Assembly (NCBI GenBank): GCA_964016885.1
Contig: OZ024742.1
Coordinates: 370,574,001-370,638,000, forward strand
Source: Eledone cirrhosa
Taxonomy: Eukaryota
Length of the DNA stretch: 64,000 nt
Direction of reading: 5' to 3'
The translations under genes were made by a program, and so were the position numbers. Position 1 is the first letter of the stretch; the number at the start of each line of letters is the position of its first letter. The notes beneath the pieces were generated by a model. The model did not search any database, was not told where the DNA came from, and saw nothing but the letters and a program-made list of their open reading frames with translations. This document shows, in pieces, positions 40,501 through 51,257 of this stretch.

Positions 40501-41322
40501 GTTCTCCCTAAAAACGAAAGGCAGGTTGTACGATGCCTGCATACGAACAGCAATGCTGCATGGCAGTGAGACCTGGGCATTGTGTGCAGAGGATATACGC
40601 AGACTAGAGAGAAACGAAGCTTGCATGCTCCGCTGGATGTGTAATAGAAATATACGTGAACGACAAAGCATAAACGAACTAAGGGAAAAATTAGAAATAA
40701 GAGGGATCAGATGTTGTTTACTCGAGAGAAGACTACGTTGGTATGGTCACGTGATGCGCATGAAGGACGATAGCTGTATAACAAAGTGCAGGGCAATAAA
40801 GATAGACGGTAGCCACGGAATAGGCAGACCCAGAAAACCTGGGACGAGCTGATAAACTCCGACCTCACACACTTACACCTCACCAAGACAATGTCACTGG
40901 ACCGAGATCTTTGGCGGTACTCAGTAATAGAGAAGACCCGCCTTACCTAAATACAAAGTAAAACCTACTACAGTCAGTAGGCATCTCTAACGAAATACGC
41001 CCCCGTCCCACCACCCCCACCCCATCCACACCGCCCCCTTCTATGTAAAGTTATGTTGGTGGCACACCATCCAGGCCGAAACAAATGAGATCGTGTAGGT
41101 GTCATGACAAAAAAACACACAGTCCACGCTGTAATGTGGCCGTGTAGGCAACACGGTAAAAACCTCCCAGACCCACACTGTAAATGTGGTTGGTGTTAGG
41201 AAGGGCATCCAACTGTAGAAAACCTGCCAGACAGTCCTATGCGAGCAAGACAATCACTCTTGCCTCAAGTGGGACTACCCCCGTCCAAACCCATGCAAGC
41301 GTGGAACACGGACGTTAAACGT

Positions 41323-41353
<31 letters not shown>
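37600..41353 (+). mobile_element. RTE-clade non-LTR retrotransposon copy 2 (near full-length; 5' boundary uncertain)
   Basis: Colinear with copy 1 at an offset of ~8040 bp; 842-aa APE+RT ORF; same 3' UTR; (GAT)n tail at ~41323-41353. Confidence 0.95.
37849..40950 (+). pseudogene. RTE APE-RT polyprotein, copy 2 (nearly intact)
   Basis: ATG at 37849 is out of frame with ORF 37931-40459 because of an indel in the C-rich tract; TGG>TGA at 40457-40459; ORF resumes at 40526; 1-bp loss near 40835. End coordinate approximate. Confidence 0.9.
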
Positions 41354-41689
41354 ATCAGTGGTGGAAAGAGCACACAGAAAAACAGTTACATCAGATGATC
41401 TGACATACTCATCAACCACTTAGATGATATCCAATTTCGTGCATTAAGGTGGTTAGTATTACAATAGCAGTTTACACAACAGATTGGTGAATCACTCTGT
41501 TGGTAAAACTCAAAATGATATTGAAACAAAGAAAAGACAGGAATATTTATGAGTGTCATTATTCCAACATTAACATGTTACACATTTCCATGTTAACTTT
41601 CTTGTATATTTATTGTCTTTTTATGTGTTTACCTGTGTTTCTGTCAGAAGACACCTGTCTCTAGAGCTCTTTCATTGTTCTCACTTTCA

Positions 41690-42030
41690 CCCTCCAACTC
41701 CTTCACACCAAATGGTTTTCAAGCCTGTTGTTGTTCCTTTTATTTTTCTCCTCCCTCTGATTGTTTCTGCCCCTCCCCTCATCATTACTCCTTTCCTCCA
41801 CCTTCTCTTTCCCTCCCTCCTATCCTTCCTCCTCTTTCCCTCCCTCACTATCACCCTTCACTCTCTTCCTCTCTCCCATCTCTACCCCTTTGTCCTCTTC
41901 CTCTCCCCCACACGCTTGCCTCCTTTCCTCTCTCTTCCTCCCCCACCTTTAACCCTTTCACTCTCACTCTACTAACACTCCCCCCTCACCATCATCACCC
42001 CTCCCCCCTCTCTCATCCCAGTTTCTCTAT
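41690..42030. repeat. CT-rich low-complexity tract
   Basis: Pyrimidine-rich degenerate simple sequence. Confidence 0.8.
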
Positions 42031-42140
42031 TGTTCAACACCTGTTGATATATTTCTCTCCCAAGAAGTCTTACCTGGAACATTAAACTTCTTTTCCTCCT
42101 CACAACACATAACTTATACAAGAAATATATTTTCAACAAG

Positions 42141-42290
42141 TGTTTCTAATTTTGGCACAAGGCCAGCAATTTGTAGGAAGGGAAAAGTTGATTATACTGC
42201 CCCTAGTATTTTACTGGTATGTTATTTTATTAACCCTGGATAGATGAAAGCTAAAGATGACCTTGGCAGGATTTGAACTTAGAGATTAAA
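42141..42290 (-). mobile_element. Degenerate SINE of the same family as 36290-36472
   Basis: tttggcacaaggccagcaa...gatgaaagctaaagatgaccttggcaggatttgaact aligns with 36295-36405. Confidence 0.75.
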
Positions 42291-42304
42291 GAGTCTAGTC
42301 TAAT

Positions 42305-42645
42305 TCTAAAGTGTGTCTCAAGTGACGAGACTCATCAGGTCGGTACTTATCCTGGTTTCATGGAGTGAAGTGACTGAGGGTGTTAGATTCCCCCTGGACA
42401 TGAAGCTAGTCTATCGCAAGGTTAAAGCCTGTCTCAAGCAAGGAGACTCATCAGGTCGGTACTTATCCTGGTTTCATGGCGTGAAGTGACTGAGAGTACA
42501 TGACACCCCCCTTTACAAGACGCCAGTCCATCGCAAGGTTAACCCCCAGCTGAGTATACTGGAGCAACCTAAAATGAAGTGTTTTGTTCAAGAAAATAAC
42601 ACAGACCCCAGTCCAGGAATCGAACCCCCAACATTATGATCATAC
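42305..42645 (-). mobile_element. tRNA/CORE-type SINE with a duplicated ~115-bp 3' tail
   Basis: Minus strand B-box ggttcgattcc, CORE-like ttcttgaacaaaacactt, and tail ccttgcgat(g/a)gact...aaaccaggataagtaccgacctgatgagtctc present twice (~42314-42425 and ~42430-42542). Confidence 0.75.
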
Positions 42646-42784
42646 AGCTGGTTTAAATCCTGGTTAAATGATGGTGATGATGATGATATATTATTCTACG
42701 TATTTTCATTTCTTTTACAAATGTCAGGTTTTTGTCCCAAAGTTTAATGGAACCCCAGGGTGTGTCTCATTAACATCTGGGAGT

Positions 42785-43037
42785 GGATACTGACTATATT
42801 AGGGAGCACTGGTGTACAGTGACCCTTCCTTGGGCCAGTGATATGACTATATTAGGGACCCCTGGTGTACAGTAACCCTTCCCTAAGTCAGAGATATGAC
42901 TATATTAGGGACCACTGGTGTACAGTGACCCTTCCTTGGGTCAGTGATATGACTATATTAGGAACCCCTGGTGTACAGTGATATGACTATATTAGGTACC
43001 ACAGGTGTGCAGTAACCCTTCCCTGGGTCAGTGATAT
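42785..43037 (+). repeat. 53-bp minisatellite, about 4.6 units
   Basis: tgactatatt recurs at 42791, 42844, 42897, 42950 and 42984 (one shortened unit). Confidence 0.9.
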
Positions 43038-43167
43038 ATGATTTGCCAACATACTACAACATAAGTAGATTCTGGAACATCTGGTAAATGTTACAATTTT
43101 ACAGAAGTGACGTGTCTAAAAAAGACAAGTTTCCCAGCTGTTGTATATATATAGAGAGTGATATATA

Positions 43168-43925
43168 TATCATCATCACCGTTTTACATCTGTTCTTCCA
43201 CGCTAGCATGGGTTACACGGGTTGTCCTGTTGTGGGCAGTGTCCGGTCGGCTGACCATGCCTTGCTCATACAGGAACTGATTCTGGCTTGATTTCTACAG
43301 CTGGATGCCCTTCCTAACACCAACCTCATTTACAGTGAGTGCTGGGTGCTTTTTTTCCATGGCGCCTACACGACCACTTTACAGTGTGGGCTGGGTGCTT
43401 TTTAGCTGTGGCACCTCCACAACCACTTTGAGTGGGAGGGGGTGGGGGCATATTGTCTATATGCTTCAACTTCGGCTTGTACCCGTAGGGGGTCGGGTCT
43501 TCTGTATTACTTCATGACACCAGAAGTCACGGTTGTGTGTCATCGCCTTTGAGAGGTGTAATTGGGTAAGGACGGCTTTTATCACCTCATCCCAGGTCTT
43601 CTTGGATCTCCCCACTCCACGGTTTCCATCGACTTCTAGTGCTCTGCACCTTTTTATGTAGCTGCCATCCTTCATATGCATCACATGTCCATACCAACGC
43701 AACCGCCTCTCCTGCACACAGCATTTGATTCCTCTTATGCTCAGTCTCTCTCTCAATACGTTCGCGTATATTATCATTACACACCCACCTCCGCTGCTAA
43801 TTTGGTCACTTAGGTTGCAGAAGCTGTCTACTGTTTCTACAGAGCCCTCCCAGAGTTTGGTGGTACTTGTTTCCTGTGGCTGTTTACTGCTTGCTGTCCC
43901 AGCGCAGCTGCTACATGTGAAGCAT
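43168..43925 (-). mobile_element. RTE subfamily-2 3' fragment with internal deletion
   Basis: ORF 43466-43777 (RRLRWYGHVMHM...GRSKKTWDEVI), 3' UTR with two 48-mer units, GAT tail; ISSGGG region joined directly to CNDNIRER near 43782. Confidence 0.9.
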
Positions 43926-43929
43926 GTTA

Positions 43930-44251
43930 TCTATATATCTAAAACCGAGAATGTCTGTTTGTCTGTCTGACTCCCTAAAACTCAAGAACCACCCAACCGA
44001 TTGTTTTCAAACTTTACAGATGTAATACTAATGATCCTGTGAATGTTTTGAGCAAAGAATATTTCAAATTTTAAATTCCCTAGGGACCGCATTAAGTGAT
44101 TTAGCGATCTATTTCTATAATTCTTAGTCTTTCTTTTTAGATAGATACATAGATATAACGTTATGCCCTTATAATATCTGTCTGTGTGTCTGGCTGTCTG
44201 CATTACGATATTATGACGCTGTGTGTGTGTGTGTGTATATATGTATATATA

Positions 44252-44347
<96 letters not shown>

Positions 44348-44464
44348 TGTGTGTAACGTTTTTCAAAATATTTACTTCTGCGTTCACAGATTGAATTTTT
44401 TTAGTTTCAGAAGATCCAGTTAAGGATGAAAGCAGCGATTCTTTACTTAAACTGTAATCTGTTA

Positions 44465-44543
<79 letters not shown>

Positions 44544-44682
44544 GTGTACAGATATTTTTGCATACACAATAACAAAATATAAACAAACGTATTTATTTCA
44601 CGAGGCTCAATAAGGATAACTATATATCAAATATATAAGAACCCTAGAGAAAATCCCGAGCAGCGCCGGGCCATTCTGCTAG
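43930..44682 (+). mobile_element. Non-autonomous Helitron
   Basis: A|TCtatatatctaaaa...gtctgtttgtctgtctg 5' end; 3' end cccgagcagcgccggg hairpin, 8 nt, CTAG|T; no TSD; internal (TA)n/(TG)n microsatellites. Confidence 0.75.
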
Positions 44683-44687
44683 TATAT

Positions 44688-44693
<6 letters not shown>

Positions 44694-44776
<83 letters not shown>

Positions 44777-44780
44777 GAGA
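44694..44780 (+). repeat. (GA)n microsatellite
   Basis: Direct reading. Confidence 0.97.
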
Positions 44781-44912
44781 TACTGTTCCCTACTAGCGAG
44801 GGTTAGATGGGTCATTACAGACCAAATCAGATCTTAAGTGGAGTTACTCAGCTCTCACATAAAGCAATTTCATTTTAAAAGAACATGCATTACAAAAGAA
44901 AAGTTGAAATTA

Positions 44913-47900
44913 AATAGTACTAATACTAATGATATAGTACTAATACTAATGATATAGTACTAATACTAATGTAAATGTGGTAATACTAATGTAATAGTAC
45001 TAATACTAATGTAATAGTACTAATACTAATGATATAGTACTAATACTAATGTAATAGTGGTAATACTAATGTAATAGTACTAATACTAATGTAATAATAC
45101 TAATGCTAATGTAATAGTACTAATACTAATGATATAGTACTAATACTAATGATATAGTACTAATACTAATGTAAATGTGGTAATACTAATGTAATAGTAC
45201 TAATACTAATGTAATAGTACTAATACTAATGATATAGTACTAATACTAATGTAATAGTGGTAATACTAATGTAATAGTACTAATACTAATGTAATAGTAC
45301 TAATACTAATGTAATAGTACTAATACTAATGTAATAGTACTAATACTAATGTAATAGTGGTAATACTAATGTAATAGTACTAATACTAATGATATAGTAC
45401 TAATACTAATGTAATAGTACTAATACTAATGTAATAGTGGTAATACTAATGTAATAGTACTAATACTAATGATATAGTACTAATACTAATGTAATAGTAC
45501 TAATACTAATGTAATAGTGGTAATACTAATGTAATAGTACTAATACTAACGTAATAGTACTAATACTAATGTAATAGTACTAATACTAATGTAATAGTAC
45601 TAATACTAATGATATAGTACTAATACTAATGTAATAGTACTAATACTAATGTAATAGTGGTAATACTAATGTAATAGTACTAATACTAATGTAATAGTAC
45701 TAATACTAATGTAATAGTACTAATACTAATGTAATAGTACTAATACTAATGATATAGTACTAATACTAATGTAATAGTACTAATACTAATGTAATAGTGG
45801 TAATACTAATGTAATAGTACTAATACTAATGTAATAGTACTAATACTAATGTAATAGTACTAATACTAATGTAATAGTGGTAATACTAATGTAATAGTGG
45901 TAATAATAATGTAATAGTACTAATACTAATGTAATAGTACTAATACTAATGTAATAGTGGTAATACTAATGTAATAGTACTAATACTAATGTAATAGTAC
46001 TAATACTAATGATATAGTACTAATACTAATGTAATAGTACTAATACTAATGTAATAGTACTAATACTAATATAATAGTACTAATACTAATGTAATAGTGG
46101 TAATACTAATGTAATAGTACTAATACTAATGTAAATGTGGTAATACTAATGTAATAGTGGTAATAATAATGTAATAGTACTAATACTAATGTAATAGTAC
46201 TAATACTAATGTAATAGTGGTAATACTAATGTAATAGTACTAATACTAATGTAATAGTACTAATACTAATGTAATAGTGGTAATACTAATGTAATAGTAC
46301 TAATACTAATGTAATAGTGGTAATACTAATGTAATAGTACTAATACTAATGATATAGTACTAATACTAATGTAATAGTACTAATACTAATGTAAATGTGG
46401 TAATACTAATGTAATAGTGGTAATAATAATGTAATAGTACTAATACTAATGTAATAGTACTAATACTAATGTAATAGTGGTAATACTAATGTAATAGTAC
46501 TAATACTAATGTAATAGTACTAATACTAATGTAATAGTGGTAATACTAATGTAATAGTACTAATACTAATGTAATAGTGGTAATACTAATGTAATAGTAC
46601 TAATACTAATGATATAGTACTAATACTAATGTAATAGTGGTAATACTAATGTAATAGTACTAATGCTAATGTAATAGTACTAATACTAATGTAATAGTAC
46701 TAATACTAATGTAATAGTACTAATACTAATGATATAGTACTAATACTAATGTAATAGTACTAATACTAATGTAATAGTGGTAATACTAATGTAATAGTAC
46801 TAATACTAATGTAATAGTACTAATACTAATGTAATAGTACTAATACTAATGTAATAGTGGTAATACTAATGTAATAGTACTAATACTAATGATATAGTAC
46901 TAATACTAATGTAATAGTACTAATACTAATGTAATAGTGGTAATACTAATGTAATAGTACTAATACTAATGATATAGTACTAATACTAATGTAATAGTAC
47001 TAATACTAATGTAATAGTGGTAATACCAATGTAATAGTACTAATACTAATGTAATAGTACTAATACTAATGTAATAGTACTAATACTAATGTAATAGTGG
47101 TAATACTAATGTAATAGTACTAATACTAATGATATAGTACTAATACTAATGTAATAGTACTAATACTAATGTAATAGTGGTAATACTAATGTAATAGTAC
47201 TAATACTAATGATATAGTACTAATACTAATGTAATAGTACTAATACTAATGTAATAGTGGTAATACTAATGTAATAGTACTAATACTAACGTAATAGTAC
47301 TAATACTAATGTAATAGTACTAATACTAATGTAATAGTACTAATACTAATGATATAGTACTAATACTAATGTAATAGTACTAATACTAATGTAATAGTGG
47401 TAATACTAATGTAATAGTACTAATACTAATGTAATAGTACTAATACTAATGTAATAGTACTAATACTAATGATATAGTACTAATACTAATGTAATAGTAC
47501 TAATACTAATGTAATAGTGGTAATACTAATGTAATAGTACTGATACTAATGTAATAGTACTAATACTAATGTAATAGTACTAATACTAATGTAATAGTGG
47601 TAATACTAATGTAATAGTGGTAATAATAATGTAATAGTACTAATACTAATGTAATAGTACTAATACTAATGTAATAGTGGTAATACTAATGTAATAGTAC
47701 TAATACTAATGTAATAGTACTAATACTAATGATATAGTACTAATACTAATGTAATAGTACTAATACTAATGTAATAGTACTAATACTAATATAATAGTAC
47801 TAATACTAATGTAATAGTGGTAATAATAATGTAATAGTACTAATACTAATGTAATTGTGGTAATACTAATGTAATAGTACTAATACTAATGTAATAGTAC

Positions 47901-48200
47901 TAATACTAATGTAATAGTGGTAATACTAATGTAATAGTACTAATACTAATGTAATAGTACTAATACTAATGTAATAGTGGTAATACTAATGTAATAGTGG
48001 TAATACTAATGTAATAGTACTAATACTAATGTAATAGTACTAATACTAATGTAATAGTGGTAATACTAATGTAATAGTACTAATACTAATGTAATAGTAC
48101 TAATACTAATGTAATAGTGGTAATACTAATGTAATAGTACTAATACTAATGTAATAGTGGTAATACTAATGTAATAGTACTAATACTAATGTAATAGTGG
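44913..48200 (+). repeat. 20-bp AT-rich satellite (TAATACTAATGTAATAGTAC), about 164 units
   Basis: Exact 20-bp phase is kept across 3.3 kb; few discrete variants. Confidence 0.98.
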
Positions 48201-48585
48201 TTATTAAAATATAAATTCCTAGAAAATGTAGAAATGTCAGTCATGAAATAATGGTAACCTGAGTCAATTGTTATAAATAATATAAAGAGAAAACTAAGTC
48301 AGTAAGTTTGCTATTCTTATACATAAGTTTGCTATTCTTATACATAAGTTTGTTGAATAAGTTCGATACTCTTCCAGCTCAAACTTCCCAGCCTTATTCA
48401 CTCTGAATGAAGAAAGCTGGATGGAAGAAGGACTTATGACTTAAACAGATATTGATATTTCCACACAAAAAATTGATCTGCCATAAACATACCTAACAAA
48501 GGTTTCTATTGAAAATCCAATATGGGCACCCAGGGTTGCTAGCATTTTCAGGCGTATTCTGGGAACTGCGAATAATCCCACCTTT

Positions 48586-48613
48586 CCCGGGTATTACCGG
48601 GTACTGCAGCTAG
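48586..48613 (+). mobile_element. Helitron-type 3' terminus (5' end not located)
   Basis: cccgg-gtatta-ccggg hairpin, 8 nt, CTAG|T; same geometry as 44655-44682. Confidence 0.6.
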
Positions 48614-48771
48614 TATGTTTATATATAACAGATAACAAAATATTTCCATCACTGTATAACATCTGTAAAATATAGTTGACATGTTTATGTATGAATTGAT
48701 TAAATAAAAAAATATACTGTTAATTCATAAATAAAGTTTATATAATACGCTGCAATAGTTATATTTCCACT

Positions 48772-48815
48772 GTAGTAGTAGTAGTAGAAGGTAGTTATCA
48801 GATCCCATTGCAGTA

Positions 48816-48846
<31 letters not shown>

Positions 48847-48882
48847 TAGCAGTAGCAGTAGCAGTAGTAGTAGTAGTAGTAG
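48772..48882 (+). repeat. Compound (TAG)n/(CAG)n microsatellite
   Basis: Direct reading. Confidence 0.9.
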
Positions 48883-49187
48883 TTAGTTAGTTATATCATC
48901 GGCCAGTTTGGTTGTAAAATGTTAACATACGTATCTGATGTCGCTTTAGTTACATTCACAAATAACTTTAGTGCACACAACAGCTTCTCTCTACGTTGTT
49001 CTGTAAGTTTTACTTCATTTATAGTTTGATAATTAATTTATTTAAAAATACAAGCACATAATTAACAATTTATCAACGTTTGTATGTTTAAACTGGCCAT
49101 ATCCGCCCAGAATTTTCTCACCTCTTTCTGTTCAAATTGACTTTAACCAACCACTCATGGTATTATTCTCAAAATAAATGATTATTA

Positions 49188-51023
49188 TTATGTGAGATAT
49201 TATGTGAGGTAAAGCCTTTACTGTGAAAATACAATAGTATATATAGAGTAATGTAAATGTTATGTGAGGTAAAGCCTTTACTGTGAAAATACAATAATAT
49301 ATATAGAGAAATGTAAATGTTATGTGAGGTAAAGCCTTTACTGTGACAATACAATAGTATATATAGAGTAATGTAAATGTTATGTGAAATATTATGTGAG
49401 GTAAAGCCTTTACTGTGAAAATACAATAGTATATATAGAGAAATGTAAATGTTATGTGAGGTAAAGCCTTTACTGTGAAAATACAATAGTATTATAGCGA
49501 AAGTACTGAAGGTAACAAGGAGACATGGTTTGTGTGTATAATATTTAATTAACAATCATAGATATATATAGAACAGTATAGTTGCATGTCAAAGAAATAG
49601 ATGATAGAATGAAACAAAGTTAGTAGTTACCGTTTTGATTGCCAGGCAAACGCGGCTGGCTATAGACGCCTGGCGAAGGCCAGGCGCCGGAAGGGCAAAT
49701 GAGAGGGAGAGAGCCGAAGGCTATTCGTTTTATAGAGCTCTGCCGGAAGTTACAGAAAGGGTTCTACTTCCCGTCTAGATGTTGTTAATCTATTGGGGTT
49801 GTGAGTCACAACAAGGGAGACAACCGCTACAGTATATATAGAGTAATGTAAATGTTATGTGAGGTAAAGCCTTTACTGTGACAATACAATAGTATATATA
49901 GAGTAATGTAAATGTTATGTGAGGTAAAGCCTTTACTGTGAAAATACAATAGTATATATAGAGTAATGTAAATGTTATGTGAGGTAAAGCCTTTACTGTG
50001 ACAATACAATAGTATATATAGAGTAATGTAAATGTTATGTGAGGTAAAGCCTTTACTGTGACAATACAATAGTATATATAGAGTAATGTAAATGTTATGT
50101 GAGATATTATGTGAGGTAAAGCCTTTACTGTGACAATACAATAGTATATATAGAGTAATGTAAATGTTATGTGAGATATTATGTGAAGTAAAGCCTTTAC
50201 TGTGACAATACAATAGTATATATAGAGTAATGTAAATGTTATGTGAGATATTATGTGAGGTAAAGCCTTTACTGTGACAATACAATAGTATATATAGAGT
50301 AATGTAAATGTTATGTGAGATATTATGTGAGGTAAAGCCTTTACTGTGACAATACAATAGTATATATAGAGTAATGTAAATGTTATGTGAGATATTATGT
50401 GAAGTAAAGCCTTTACTGTGACAATACAATAGTATATATAGAGTAATGTAAATGCTATGTGAGATAGTATGTGAGGTAAAGCCTTTACTGTGACAATACA
50501 ATAGTATATATAGAGTAATGTAAATGTTATGTGAGATATTATGTGAGGTAAAGCCTTTACTGTGAAAATACAATAGTATATATAGAGTAATGTAAATGTT
50601 ATGTGAGATATTATGTGAGGTGAAGCCTTTACTGTGAAAATACAATAGTATATATAGAGTAATGTAAATGTTATGTGAGATATTATGTGAGGTAAAGCCT
50701 TTACTGTGAAAATACAATAGTATATATAGAGTAATGTAAATGTTATGTGAGATATTATGTAAGGTAAAGCCTTTACTGTGACAATATAACAGTATATATA
50801 GAGTAATGTAAATGTTGTGTGAGATATTATGTGAGGTAAAGCCTTTACTGCTAAAATACAATAGTATATATAGAGTAATGTCAATGTTATATTAGATATT
50901 ATGTGAGGTAAAGCCTTTACTGTGAAAATACAATAGTACATAAAGAGTTATGTAAATTTTATGTGAGATATTATGTGAGGGAAGGCCTTTACTGTGAAAA
51001 TACAATAGTATATATAGAGTAAT
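49188..51023 (+). repeat. 60/72-bp tandem array interrupted by a solo LTR and a Tx1-like element
   Basis: Unit tatgtgaggtaaagcctttactgtga(a/c)aatacaatagtatatatagagtaatgtaaatgt; the 72-bp form adds ttatgtgagata and dominates from ~50095. Confidence 0.97.
49493..49831 (-). mobile_element. Solo LTR (339 bp), probably Ty3/Gypsy
   Basis: Ends TATAGCG...CGCTACA (TG...CA inverted termini with one substitution); 4-bp TSD GTAT at 49489-49492 and 49832-49835; minus-strand CTATAAAA and ATTAAA signals in promoter-then-polyA order. Confidence 0.8.
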
Positions 51024-51257
51024 TTTTTTATTTGCCACCAGGGCACAAAAGGTAGGGACAGATACAACGGGGGAAGTTTACATATAAATAACGAGTACAC
51101 AAATATAAAAATGAAATAACAACAACAAACGAAGTCCTCAATAGGGAGGGGGCATTAACATGGGTCGCACACACCCCGTAAAAAATGTGCAACCCTTCTC
51201 CTCAGGAGCACAAAGAGTAGGTGCTTCCCTCGACTCCTCTTTTTCCTCTTCTTTCAC

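Noticed and set aside
29907-40671. Antisense and alternative-frame ORFs over the RTE copies, and ORFs over microsatellites (YIYI, poly-H, SLSL)
   Set aside because: Shadows of the TE coding strand or of simple repeats.
42314-42455. Hammerhead-like CTGATGA-GTCTC...GAGAC on the minus strand (two copies)
   Set aside because: The stem is followed by ACAC or AGGC rather than GAAA; better explained as a LINE-derived SINE tail stem-loop.
49169-50941. Hydrophobic repeat ORFs of 128-383 aa
   Set aside because: Translation of 60/72-bp units; two overlapping frames are open; the array is interrupted by TEs.
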